Shown: positions 8,368 through 17,065, counted from the stretch's first letter. The stretch is 24,400 bases of DNA from a virus (IMGVR_UViG_3300020045_017587:1-24400), one strand, 5' to 3'. Made by a program: numbers and translations. Notes: a model not told the origin generated them from the letters alone.

Positions 8368-8736
8368 TCACCACCCGAAACAAATTCTTTTACTCGTGGA
8401 CCTTGAAGACGAAGAACCCGGTGTCACGGTAGTCCCGGTTTCGTCCAGTAGAACTTCCCAGCCGTAACGCCGCCGGATATTATTCCGAAAATTCAAACGG
8501 GTATTCCCCGCTTTATCAAAGAACTCGATTTCTCCGACCTTTTTGACATCGCCGGCATCATCCCTGATGGTCGTCCAATTGCCGATGTCAGTCAGTGTCA
8601 ACGCCCATTTAGCATCAGAAATATCCTGGTCGTCCGGCGAAGAAACCATCTCTAAAGTCTCATCGTCGGAAAGCATGACAATTTCCGAAAGGGTGGCCAG
8701 CTGCGAAGCCGTTGGCGTTGGGTCGGGAATCGGCAT
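8368..8736 (-). CDS. Probable head-tail connector
   Basis: Position and size, plus a VKKVGEIEF motif; no firm family recognition. Confidence 0.5.
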   Translation of the reverse strand: MPIPDPTPTASQLATLSEIVMLSDDETLEMVSSPDDQDISDAKWALTLTDIGNWTTIRDDAGDVKKVGEIEFFDKAGNTRLNFRNNIRRRYGWEVLLDETGTTVTPGSSSSRSTSKRICFGW

Positions 8737-8737
8737 C

Positions 8738-9358
8738 TTAGATTGTCCTCTGGAAGATCAAAACGACGACCGGGACTGTGACCGTATTCGCCAAAGTTCC
8801 CGAAGCTGCCGCCCGGAAACGAAGCCGGTCATATTTTGTCACCGCCAGATTTCCGGCTGTCCCGTGAACGGTTAGATTTCGTTTGGTATTGGCGGCCAGA
8901 GCGGACCCGCCGGTGGCTTTGGTCGTATTCGGATCGGTTTCAGCCAGCATCGCGGTTGAACCGGCTCCGGCTTGCCCTAAATTAACCAAACCGAAGGTCA
9001 GATAGTTGGTGTCGTGCGCGGCCAGAGCGTCAATTCCGCTAAAAACGGCTTCCAAAAGCCTCCCGGTAAATGGAGCCATCGCGTAAATGTCGCCGTTGCC
9101 GGTCGTCGCGATCTCTGCCATATTGAGGACGACCGATTCCATTCCTTCGTAATTTTGCCAGTAGGAACCGTCCGAAACGAAGACCTGATTTTTTCCGGTG
9201 GCGTGCGAGGTGACGGCTAATGAACCTGCGTCAGCGGTGGTCGCGGTGGATCCCGCGGTCATAGCAGTTGTGAACTGGTAAAGTTTTTTACCGTTCTTTA
9301 ATGTTGAATAGCTTGGGTAAGCATTCAAAAAGATGTTTTTTAGATCACTGAATTTCAT
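8738..9358 (-). CDS. Putative capsid-associated structural protein with a C-terminal beta-sandwich
   Basis: Ala/Thr/Gly-rich, GAGG SD, lies between the capsid and neck genes. Confidence 0.55.
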   Translation of the reverse strand: MKFSDLKNIFLNAYPSYSTLKNGKKLYQFTTAMTAGSTATTADAGSLAVTSHATGKNQVFVSDGSYWQNYEGMESVVLNMAEIATTGNGDIYAMAPFTGRLLEAVFSGIDALAAHDTNYLTFGLVNLGQAGAGSTAMLAETDPNTTKATGGSALAANTKRNLTVHGTAGNLAVTKYDRLRFRAAASGTLANTVTVPVVVLIFQRTI

Positions 9359-9408
9359 ATTTACCTCAAGAACTTTTCTAAGAAACTACTTTGAAGCAGT
9401 TGTTTTTT

Positions 9409-9729
9409 TTATTTTGGTGCCAGGATCGCTTCGATGATCTGTTTATTGGTCATTGAATCAGGAGTCACACGGGCGCCCGCTTTATCAGCCACGACGACCA
9501 GATCCGCTTTCGACATTTTCCCGAGCTGGGCTTCGGTCGGAAGTTCAAAAGCATCGCCTTTTTTTTCCTGTTCCTCGTTTAACTCAAAACCTTCGATCTG
9601 ACCTTTGGCGGTCAGACGTCGAATACTCTTATTACTTAAGGCGGCCTGAAGTTCGTCTTCCATTCCCTCAAAATAAACAGTTCCGCCAATGCGAACCGCG
9701 TTAAAAATTTTTCGTGTTTCTTTTGCCAT
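9409..9729 (-). CDS. Capsid-adjacent protein with a C-terminal Rho-N/HeH-like domain
   Basis: LGKMSKADLVVVADKAG...MTNKQIIEAIL helix-extension-helix pattern; such genes commonly follow the capsid gene. Confidence 0.62.
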   Translation of the reverse strand: MAKETRKIFNAVRIGGTVYFEGMEDELQAALSNKSIRRLTAKGQIEGFELNEEQEKKGDAFELPTEAQLGKMSKADLVVVADKAGARVTPDSMTNKQIIEAILAPK

Positions 9730-9738
9730 AAATTTAAG

Positions 9739-9768
9739 TGAGGCGTGAGAATTAACCCACGCCTTTTG
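9739..9768. terminator. Hairpin after the capsid gene (weak terminator or mRNA stabiliser)
   Basis: Inverted repeat AGGCGTG (9741-9747) / CACGCCT (9758-9764). The U-tract on the coding strand is poor. Confidence 0.45.
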
Positions 9769-9782
9769 AATTAGTTACAGGC

Positions 9783-10838
9783 TTAAAATCCCACATCCAT
9801 CACAAACATTTTCTGTTCGTCAGGAACAGGCAGCGCATTGACTTGAACTTCGACGCTTAATTCGCGTCCGGCATTATGCTCTTCGTAAAAGGCAGTTTGT
9901 CCGTTGGTGTCGATTTTTGCCTGGGGAAGCTGGCGGGCAATATCCATCGCCCGGACAACCGGAGCAAAGGCCGCCTTGCCGACCACCGTCCCGGCCGGAA
10001 CAACCGCAATTTTTTCGGCTGTCCAAACTTTTGTAGCTGTGGTCGCCGTTCCGCCGTCGTCAAAGACTTCAACGGTATCTTCCATCGGATAGAATTTGAA
10101 TTCAGACCCCAGATCATCTTGAATTCTTGATTCCAATTGAGTCAGGGTCATCTGCGCCCCGCCGGCCAGATCGGGAGCATCGGCTAAAACTTCTTTAACA
10201 AAATTCCGGCGGCAGACCAAGCCTTTGATCCCGCCAACGGCGTTAATCGCGTCGTCAAGAAAGTCCAGTAATTCGTCATAAGCATTCAGTCCCGCATCAT
10301 TCCAGGCGGTCCCGGCGGTTTGATAACGTCCGGCATCGAAGCCGAACGATGCCTGATATGTTTCAGCCGCGTTCTGGGGGTTTCTTTGAGTAATAGTTCC
10401 CAAAGCCCAGGCTGTAAAGGCATCCACTTCCAACCGGCGGTAATTGGCCATCGCAATTGCTTTAACCTTGGCCGGAACCGACGACATCATAATCTCGGCG
10501 ATAACTGCGGCATTACCCAGCGCCCTCTCATTCAGTTTTTGGAGCTCTTTTTCGCCCCATAGGAAGTTGCCTTCAATGGGAACGATCGAAACATCTCTGA
10601 TGGTCGGTGTTTTGGTCGGGATCAGGCGGCCTCGTTGATTCCATTCACGCCGGTCTGAGGCGGGACGGTAATCCAGGGTCGTCACATCTTTCAGGTCTAC
10701 CGAATCTACCGGCTGACGCATAAAAAAGACATCCCATTTTAATTGTCCGTTGTCATTCGGACTGATAGCCTGCGCCATAACCGTCAACGCGGCTGGCGAT
10801 AATTCTTCAACTGTTTGTGTCCAAGAAAATGAACTCAT
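9783..10838 (-). CDS. Major capsid protein (lambda gpE-like)
   Basis: 351 aa with RRLEVDAFTAWALGTI..SFGFD...TAW and terminal ALPVP patterns; AGGAGG SD; follows scaffold and decoration genes. Confidence 0.88.
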   Translation of the reverse strand: MSSFSWTQTVEELSPAALTVMAQAISPNDNGQLKWDVFFMRQPVDSVDLKDVTTLDYRPASDRREWNQRGRLIPTKTPTIRDVSIVPIEGNFLWGEKELQKLNERALGNAAVIAEIMMSSVPAKVKAIAMANYRRLEVDAFTAWALGTITQRNPQNAAETYQASFGFDAGRYQTAGTAWNDAGLNAYDELLDFLDDAINAVGGIKGLVCRRNFVKEVLADAPDLAGGAQMTLTQLESRIQDDLGSEFKFYPMEDTVEVFDDGGTATTATKVWTAEKIAVVPAGTVVGKAAFAPVVRAMDIARQLPQAKIDTNGQTAFYEEHNAGRELSVEVQVNALPVPDEQKMFVMDVGF

Positions 10839-10863
10839 TTAATTTATCCTCCTTTCGCGTTTT

Positions 10864-11262
10864 TTATGTTCTGGTCAGACGGCAGTTCGATCCTGCCAGG
10901 TCAAATCCGGCAATCTCATCGGCGGTTAAAGCGCGGCCGAGATTGTCTTCAATGATGTCCCGATTGCAGAGACCAAAGCCGACAGTTACAAAACAATCGG
11001 TTTCGGCATCCAGAATGGTGTCGGTATTGCCGGTGGTGATCTTGATCGGCTCGATGGTGACGCCCCAGACGGGAACGGCCGAACCGACTAAATTTCCGTC
11101 CTTAGCGAACGGGACGCCGGGCTTCAGGTATCCGTCCGGATCAACTTCATCATCCGAAAGATCAGAAATATCAACCTTGACGACATCCGTTCCTTGAATC
11201 TCACCGACAAAAACGGGGCTATGCGCCAAGCCGCCTGCGGTGGTACTAATTTTTAATGGCAT
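10864..11262 (-). CDS. Head decoration protein
   Basis: 132 aa between scaffold and capsid; DGYLKPGVPF motif; AGGAG SD. Confidence 0.7.
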   Translation of the reverse strand: MPLKISTTAGGLAHSPVFVGEIQGTDVVKVDISDLSDDEVDPDGYLKPGVPFAKDGNLVGSAVPVWGVTIEPIKITTGNTDTILDAETDCFVTVGFGLCNRDIIEDNLGRALTADEIAGFDLAGSNCRLTRT

Positions 11263-11283
11263 AAAACTCTCCTTTTATTTTTC

Positions 11284-12033
11284 TCAGGCGGCTTTGCCAA
11301 ACCGCGAATCAATATCTGTTACCGGTTTTACTTCGGCTGCTTTGACGTCGGCGCGAATTTTATCGAAAATATTCTTATTTCCCGGTTCGCCGCCCTGTTC
11401 GCTGAAGGAAAATCCGGTTTCATTCTTCTTTTGCGTCAACGAATCAAAAGAGTTTTTGAACCCCTCGGCGCCCTTGAGATATTCGGCATCAAAGCCTTTT
11501 TTCTCGCGAACCCCGTTATTTTCGAGAATGACGAAAAACTTTTCCTTCCCGTCAACCGTTTCGGTTTCGATCTTCAGATTGTCGGAAGCTTTGAGTTCAA
11601 AGAATCCCTGCACATCCTCGATCCCGATGGCTTTTAAGGCCCGGGTTTTCAATTCCCGTTCGGCAGAGGAAGATTTCTCGGTTTTGAACTGGTCGTTCTC
11701 GGCCTTCAAAGTTTTGACCGAAGCAGTGCTCAATCCTTCGGCAACTGCGATCTCGCCCAGTTCGGCGACTTCCTTTTTAACGGCGCGGTAGCCGTGCGGA
11801 ACGGATTTGCCGGAAAGTTCGGTTTTTTCTCTTTCGAGATTACCGACCTGAGCGGTCAAGGAATCGTTTTGGGTTTTCAAAGTTGTTTGAGTCGATTCCA
11901 AACTTGCTTTGGTAATCATCACCGGATGATCCGTATCAAGCTTGGTCAACTCCCAACGTCCGTTTTTGTTCTCGTAGCAGCCCTTTTGGTCTGCCGGAAT
12001 CTCTGATTCGTTAGCGTAAAATGTTCTCGGCAT
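11284..12033 (-). CDS. Capsid scaffolding protein
   Basis: Likely start ATG 12033 (MPRTFYANESEIPADQKGCYENKNGRWEL), then a charged coiled coil and a Gly-rich tail. The track's extension to 12150 crosses a terminator. Confidence 0.78.
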   Translation of the reverse strand: MPRTFYANESEIPADQKGCYENKNGRWELTKLDTDHPVMITKASLESTQTTLKTQNDSLTAQVGNLEREKTELSGKSVPHGYRAVKKEVAELGEIAVAEGLSTASVKTLKAENDQFKTEKSSSAERELKTRALKAIGIEDVQGFFELKASDNLKIETETVDGKEKFFVILENNGVREKKGFDAEYLKGAEGFKNSFDSLTQKKNETGFSFSEQGGEPGNKNIFDKIRADVKAAEVKPVTDIDSRFGKAA

Positions 12034-12074
12034 ATTCTTTTGAATTGTCGTTCCGGCTTTTGCCGGGTTGGTTG

Positions 12075-12121
12075 AAATAAAAAAGCCGTGAAAATCTTCT
12101 CTTTTGAAAAGATTTTCACGG
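12075..12121 (-). terminator. Intrinsic terminator in late leader copy 1
   Basis: 16-bp stem CCGTGAAAATCTTTTC / GAGAAGATTTTCACGG with an AAAA loop, followed by CTTTTTTATTT. Confidence 0.85.
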
Positions 12122-12163
12122 TGATAACGTGCGTGTGCCAGGAAAGGCACTAATCCAAATTGT
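12075..12163 (-). ncRNA. Conserved structured late leader RNA, copy 1
   Basis: Near-identical in sequence and fold to 20665..20751, with a compensatory base-pair change in the small hairpin. Confidence 0.7.
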
Positions 12164-12170
12164 TATTTGC

Positions 12171-12200
12171 AATTTAGCTTATAAATAAAAGAATTGTCAA
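12171..12200 (-). promoter_or_regulatory. Sigma70-type promoter for the head/tail genes
   Basis: TTGACA-18-TAAATT, then 7 nt, then the conserved ACAATTT leader start. Confidence 0.65.
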
Positions 12201-12210
12201 TCTAAAAAAT

Positions 12211-12477
12211 TCAGCTTTTTTCGGGATAAACGATCCGGGGTTGCTGGGCATACATCATAACCGGCGTCACGGGCTTGCCGAAAGTCATCATATGTAGCCA
12301 AATATTTCCCGTTTCAAAGATTAGTTTTCTTTCTTCTTCAGTTAATTCCCAACGGGTCAAAATAGCATTTCCGTTGTCAAGATAAATGGACGGCAGATTT
12401 TGATATTCATCCTGATGTTCGGCGACAATTACTTCTTTGTGGTCTTCATTTGGAATGACGGGACTGACTGGTTTCAT
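12211..12477 (-). CDS. Hypothetical phage protein (88 aa)
   Basis: AEHQDEYQNLP...TRWELTEEER...GNIWL...FGKPVTP; GAGG SD; function unknown. Confidence 0.75.
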   Translation of the reverse strand: MKPVSPVIPNEDHKEVIVAEHQDEYQNLPSIYLDNGNAILTRWELTEEERKLIFETGNIWLHMMTFGKPVTPVMMYAQQPRIVYPEKS

Positions 12478-12487
12478 TATTTTTTAC

Positions 12488-12527
12488 CTCTTATTTTTTT
12501 CTCTTATAAACTCTTATTGACTCTTAT
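12488..12527. repeat. Four copies of CTCTTAT (ATAAGAG on the minus strand)
   Basis: Copies start at 12488, 12501, 12511 and 12521. Confidence 0.85.
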
Positions 12528-14161
12528 TAATTTATTAACTCCGGTTGCGGGTCAGGTTTTGGCGGAGGGTTGTTATTGGAACCAAGTGAATTGATGATCA
12601 GTTGCTTTTTATCATCCGAAATTGACATCAATTCAATGACGGTTTTGAGCGGGATCGAACCTGTTCCGAGAGCAAACACCTCGAGGGCGAATTTTAACTG
12701 GTTTAATTCATATTTGTCCTCACTTTTAACTTTACTGTCCTCTGCATCGGTATCCTCAGTTCCGTTTTTTGACCTTAAAGTTTCCAGCGAAATTTCCCCG
12801 GCTTCATAAGCTTTCCGGTTAGCTTCCATTTCTTCAGCGGAAGGCACACCGGCATTGACGATGCAGTTAAAGTCACAGCGGAAAATCTCAAACTCGGTAG
12901 TGCGGCCCGTCAGCGCGGCGGCGAACATCATGGCAAACTCGATAATGTACCGCCCTTCAGCATCGAGCAGGGCTTTATCCATGATTAGGGAGTTTCTAAA
13001 TTCCCCGCGGGCTTCAACTCTTGATCTTCCGGAGGCCGTCGCATCGTCCGACATCCCGACATGGCGCTGGTCAACTTCGGCAAGCATTTGCTGATCCAAA
13101 GATTCTTCGGATTTAATAAAGGAGGTCGGGTCAACCGGGTCTACGATGGTCACGGACGGGGTGGCTATCCCGATGACGTTTCCTTTGTTGTCGATCACCG
13201 GTGAGCCTTGATGGTAGGTGGCGGAACCCGCTCCCAGATTCAGATTATCGGGCTCGTCAGCATTGAGAAAATGACGCTCACGAAATCCGGCCGTGTAAGA
13301 ATTACGGCCTTTCATCGTCAGATTGAGGTTCAACTGCTTTTGTTTGGACTGAAACGATTTGGTGATCATCGCTTTTCCGAGGTCCATTTCATACAGCATC
13401 AATTTGCCGCCGAGGTCTATCGAATACTCACCGATCTCTTTGGAACCGGTTTGGGTGACGATATATTTAGCCAAAGATGTGGCAAAATTCTGATTGACGA
13501 AGCTCTCGAACTCCGATTCGGTAAAAGTTTTGAAATGGGTGATGCCGTCGCCGTCAACAAATGAAAAATCTATCTCGGTTTGATCGTTGCGGATGGTCTT
13601 AAAAATGGAAAATGGTTTTAATGAGTTTTCTTCCAGAAATACTCCGCCGTCTTCCGGCGAAACGGTTTCAAAATGCAGCAGTTCCAAGGCATCGCTTAAT
13701 TTACCGACCTGTTTGACCTTCCCGTCAACTTTGAAGGCTCTCGGGACGTAGGGGCGAAGCTCCGAACGCTGTTCGAGACAGGCGTTTATATGAGATGTCC
13801 GGATCGTTTGAAGCATATTGCGTTTATTCCACCACTCGACCAGCGCAGCTGTCATTTCATCAATACTCGCTTGTTCCCGATCGGTCGTCTCCTCCTGGGT
13901 TTTGGGGATCAGTTTCCACAAAGGCTCCCGGCCAAGGATGCCGCTTGTCTTTCGGTCAACCACTTCGGCGGTCTTATTCTGAGAGGCAAAGCCTTTCTCC
14001 ATTTCTTTGAGGATCTCCGGCTGATTGGTCGGTTTTTTAATGACGAGGCCATCGCCTTTTTGCCAGTGCTCGTCTTCATAATAGGCGCGAGCCGTGACCA
14101 TGACCGGGGTAATCCGATATTGCAAAAGCGCATTTACATCTTCAATTTTCATAATTTTCAC
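12527..14161 (-). CDS. Portal protein
   Basis: 544 aa directly after terL (GTGA overlap; alternative ATG 14152), with YYEDEH, ASGRSR and GEISLETL patterns like SPP1-type portals. Confidence 0.85.
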   Translation of the reverse strand: MKIMKIEDVNALLQYRITPVMVTARAYYEDEHWQKGDGLVIKKPTNQPEILKEMEKGFASQNKTAEVVDRKTSGILGREPLWKLIPKTQEETTDREQASIDEMTAALVEWWNKRNMLQTIRTSHINACLEQRSELRPYVPRAFKVDGKVKQVGKLSDALELLHFETVSPEDGGVFLEENSLKPFSIFKTIRNDQTEIDFSFVDGDGITHFKTFTESEFESFVNQNFATSLAKYIVTQTGSKEIGEYSIDLGGKLMLYEMDLGKAMITKSFQSKQKQLNLNLTMKGRNSYTAGFRERHFLNADEPDNLNLGAGSATYHQGSPVIDNKGNVIGIATPSVTIVDPVDPTSFIKSEESLDQQMLAEVDQRHVGMSDDATASGRSRVEARGEFRNSLIMDKALLDAEGRYIIEFAMMFAAALTGRTTEFEIFRCDFNCIVNAGVPSAEEMEANRKAYEAGEISLETLRSKNGTEDTDAEDSKVKSEDKYELNQLKFALEVFALGTGSIPLKTVIELMSISDDKKQLIINSLGSNNNPPPKPDPQPELIN

Positions 14162-15654
14162 CAGTAATTTTGGGTAGATTTAGATTTTTTTATTTCAGGT
14201 TCGTAAAAGGTGAGAACTGTCGCTTTCTGGCTTAAACAATAAGCGTCCGCCTCGTCATCCGGCAATCCATCCGGCGCCAGTAAAGTAGTTGATTCAATCG
14301 AAGCCAACTGCGAATAAGTTCTAAAGTCCACAATTTGACAGTCAGATGTTCTCAGCATTTCCGCAGTATGGTCATATAAAAGAACTTTACCTTTTGAATT
14401 ATTGAGCCAGCCCGTTTTTTTGTCGTAACCATTTAATAATTTAACCGAAAGATCCTGACATTTTTGGATAACCGCGTGACCGTGATTATTCCTTTCGATC
14501 AAAGCCGGGGCGTTGTTGTAGAATTTACAAAACTGAGCAATAAAACCGGCAAAAACTCGCGGCTCATATTTACCCGAAAGTTTAGCCACCTGTCGGCCTG
14601 ATATTTTTTCAGTAACGCATAAAGATGAATCGTCTGAATTTGGATTGCCTTCGGCCGGATCGCCACCGAGCCGATATTCAAATCCTTCTTTGGGCAGTTC
14701 GTAAATAACCGCGCCGTTCGGTAAGTCCAATTGCCTTAACATTTCTTTTGAAACCGGCTGACCTTCTTTGTAGCAGTCCAATAACCACTGGGACGGAAAT
14801 CTTTTATTCGCCTCCTTCGGTGAAAGTGCTTCTACGTCCGTAGCGGGATAAGATTCATAAACATTATCCAAAGTGCCGAGGGTGGCAACCGAATCTCGTT
14901 TTTCGCGCTCATACCATTCTTTGGTGCGGGCCGGAACGACTGACCATGCTAAAAAAACGTGTGCATATTCGTTTAATTTTTGTTTGGCTGACCGATAAAT
15001 CTTCTTAAACGTGCTTTCGGGGTTTTCTTTATATGACCGCGATAAAAGAATAAGTTTGCCGCCTGCATCAATGGTCGGTCTAACTCTTTGAAGTAGTTTA
15101 TTTAAATCTTTGGATGCGTCCGCTTCGTCAACTATTGCTAATGTGGCGGTGTAACTATCACCGGCAGAGGTTGGAAAGGCGCGGACATTTGAGCCGTTCG
15201 ACAATGAAAATAAATGTTTATCGTCGTCTATGACTTCCAACGGAATTAAAAAACCGTTTTCCTCTTTTACTTTCAAAAAATCAGGCAATCGTTGATACAC
15301 CCCGCGCAAACGATTGTCGGATAAAAGATAAATAGCTTCGGTGTCACGTGCTGAATAAACAAGGATAGTGGCTATCGGGCGAAAGAGCATCAACCATAAA
15401 GCGATGGCTAGAACTAGCCAGGTTAAGCCTACCTGACGTGCTTTGAGGATAATTACCTTTTGATTATTTTCGATAATTTCTATCACTTCTATTTGTTCCG
15501 GCCAAAGGTCAAATTTTATCCATTCGCCTGACTCGCCCTCCTCGGAAGTTGAATATATCTCGACAAAGTTTTTGATAAAATAGGTCTTATCACGCGAACA
15601 TTTTTCGCGCTTAATATCTTCAAGGGTCGGGATTTTTCGAGAGTCAAATGGCAT
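14158..15654 (-). CDS. terL: Terminase large subunit
   Basis: LWPEQ adenine-binding motif, Walker A ILKARQVGLT, Walker B AIVDEA, nuclease motifs GGDPAEG..SDDS, IERNNHG and DDEADA. Confidence 0.96.
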   Translation of the reverse strand: MPFDSRKIPTLEDIKREKCSRDKTYFIKNFVEIYSTSEEGESGEWIKFDLWPEQIEVIEIIENNQKVIILKARQVGLTWLVLAIALWLMLFRPIATILVYSARDTEAIYLLSDNRLRGVYQRLPDFLKVKEENGFLIPLEVIDDDKHLFSLSNGSNVRAFPTSAGDSYTATLAIVDEADASKDLNKLLQRVRPTIDAGGKLILLSRSYKENPESTFKKIYRSAKQKLNEYAHVFLAWSVVPARTKEWYEREKRDSVATLGTLDNVYESYPATDVEALSPKEANKRFPSQWLLDCYKEGQPVSKEMLRQLDLPNGAVIYELPKEGFEYRLGGDPAEGNPNSDDSSLCVTEKISGRQVAKLSGKYEPRVFAGFIAQFCKFYNNAPALIERNNHGHAVIQKCQDLSVKLLNGYDKKTGWLNNSKGKVLLYDHTAEMLRTSDCQIVDFRTYSQLASIESTTLLAPDGLPDDEADAYCLSQKATVLTFYEPEIKKSKSTQNYW

Positions 15655-16294
15655 TGGTCTTTTCTAACAATTTTTCAAAAGCATCGAGTTCATCCTTACT
15701 TAGTTTGGATAAGTCATGGGCTTCTTTCTGAACTAGTCCGACATCTCCGCTATGCTCGACTTTATCGGTGAACAATTTATGATGTTTACCTAAATCTCTG
15801 AGAGCTTCGTGGGCGGAATGAAGTTCAAATTCAACCTCTTCATAAATAATTTCAATTTTGTTGAAGGCTTCAATTTCGTCAGTTTCCAAAATGGACTGAA
15901 TGTCATCATTGACCTCCGCTTTAGTTTCTCTGACCGTTCTTTTGAATTTAACCTTTTTCAGTAGACCGTCTTTTTTTGCTTCCTTGGCTTTTTTCAGATC
16001 AAAGCGTTTATCGTCATCCAAAAAATCCGTGACCTTCCCTTCCGCAATTTCGGTGAGACGGGTTAAAACAACATTTGCGGGCATCGTCATCGCGGATAGC
16101 ACCATGTCAATTTCAGCTTTAATCTTAGGATTTCTTAGGAGGTTATAGGCCGTCACTCCAAGAACGTTTTTTGACCCTTTATAACCTGACAACTCCGCCG
16201 CTAAAGTTCCATTGAAATGAGCCTCACCCAAATAAAATTCAATAAACTTTTTCTGTTTTGGGTTTAAGTTATCTTTTTTCTTTTCTTCGCTCAT
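15644..16294 (-). CDS. terS: Terminase small subunit
   Basis: LNPKQKKFIEFYL..NGTLAAELSGY..LLRNPKI and ALRDLGKHHKLFTDKVEHSG; overlaps the terL start. Confidence 0.93.
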   Translation of the reverse strand: MSEEKKKDNLNPKQKKFIEFYLGEAHFNGTLAAELSGYKGSKNVLGVTAYNLLRNPKIKAEIDMVLSAMTMPANVVLTRLTEIAEGKVTDFLDDDKRFDLKKAKEAKKDGLLKKVKFKRTVRETKAEVNDDIQSILETDEIEAFNKIEIIYEEVEFELHSAHEALRDLGKHHKLFTDKVEHSGDVGLVQKEAHDLSKLSKDELDAFEKLLEKTNAI

Positions 16295-16343
16295 CTTTAC
16301 AGTGCCGGTTTTCGCTCCTCATTTGAGGGCGAATTTCAAGTAA

Positions 16344-16628
16344 TCAGGTGGGAACCCATTTTCCATCCCGGACATAACCGTGAAAACCGCAATCAGTGCA
16401 TTGAAAAGACGGGGATAAAGTCGGCTTTTCAAAGTCACCGTTGAATTCCCAAACCGGACGTTTGTCATCATCCTTAAACATCGAACGATCAAACCAAAAA
16501 GAAGCCCAGCATTCACCGGATTCATTCTTTGGGTTGGGATGGGTAATGATCCCGCCGATCCGTTTGCCTTCAGCTTGGGCCCAACCGATAAAAACCCCGT
16601 TTCCCAAATCTAAATGTTTTCTTGGCAT
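16344..16628 (-). CDS. DUF6527-like protein
   Basis: WEFNGDFEKPTLSPSFQCTDCGFHGYVRDGKW motif; AAGGA SD. Confidence 0.75.
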   Translation of the reverse strand: MPRKHLDLGNGVFIGWAQAEGKRIGGIITHPNPKNESGECWASFWFDRSMFKDDDKRPVWEFNGDFEKPTLSPSFQCTDCGFHGYVRDGKWVPT

Positions 16629-16639
16629 AAATATTTCCT

Positions 16640-16924
16640 TTATCTATTCAAAACTTCTTTCATTGAAGTCCAATCGGGTATTTCGACTGTTTGCCCTTTT
16701 AATTCATGACTGCAATCATCTAAAAACTGAATCATTCCGTCTTTGACAAAAGAATGACATCGGGGATGAGATTTAGAACCAAAGACCAAAATTGATGGCG
16801 AAACGGTTGGGTTTTCCAAATCACCGTTAAATGTCCAGGGAGGCGTCTGGATCGAATGAAGCGAACCGCAGCCCGGACAATCAAAAACCCAATAATCATC
16901 TTTAACCTTGTGAACTTTAGCCAT
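16640..16924 (-). CDS. DUF6527-like protein
   Basis: CPGCGSLH, WTFNGDLENPTVSPSIL and RCHSFVKDGMIQFLDDCSH motifs. Confidence 0.8.
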   Translation of the reverse strand: MAKVHKVKDDYWVFDCPGCGSLHSIQTPPWTFNGDLENPTVSPSILVFGSKSHPRCHSFVKDGMIQFLDDCSHELKGQTVEIPDWTSMKEVLNR

Positions 16925-17065
16925 AATTTTATCCCCGACAATTTCCGCAAAGCTTGTTTATATCCGCCTTTCAATGGAGGACGCTTGTTTCGCTGAAGGT
17001 TCAAATTTGCATTGTGCACCAAACCCTTCTCAAGCGTCCGTAACTATTTCAAACAATCCCCGATT

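Noticed and set aside
12034-12150. N-terminal extensions of the scaffold (to 12150) and endolysin (to 20710), both containing HGF and in frame with the downstream gene
   Set aside because: The shared residues come from translating the repeated terminator. The GTG starts differ in position and lack an SD, so a leader-peptide role is unsupported, though not excluded.
16990-17010. GAAGGTTCAAAT resembling a tRNA T-loop
   Set aside because: There is no adjacent closing T-stem and no cloverleaf.
16732-17022. 96-aa ORF (also 16319..16525)
   Set aside because: They overlap the better-supported DUF6527-like genes in other frames and show no motifs.
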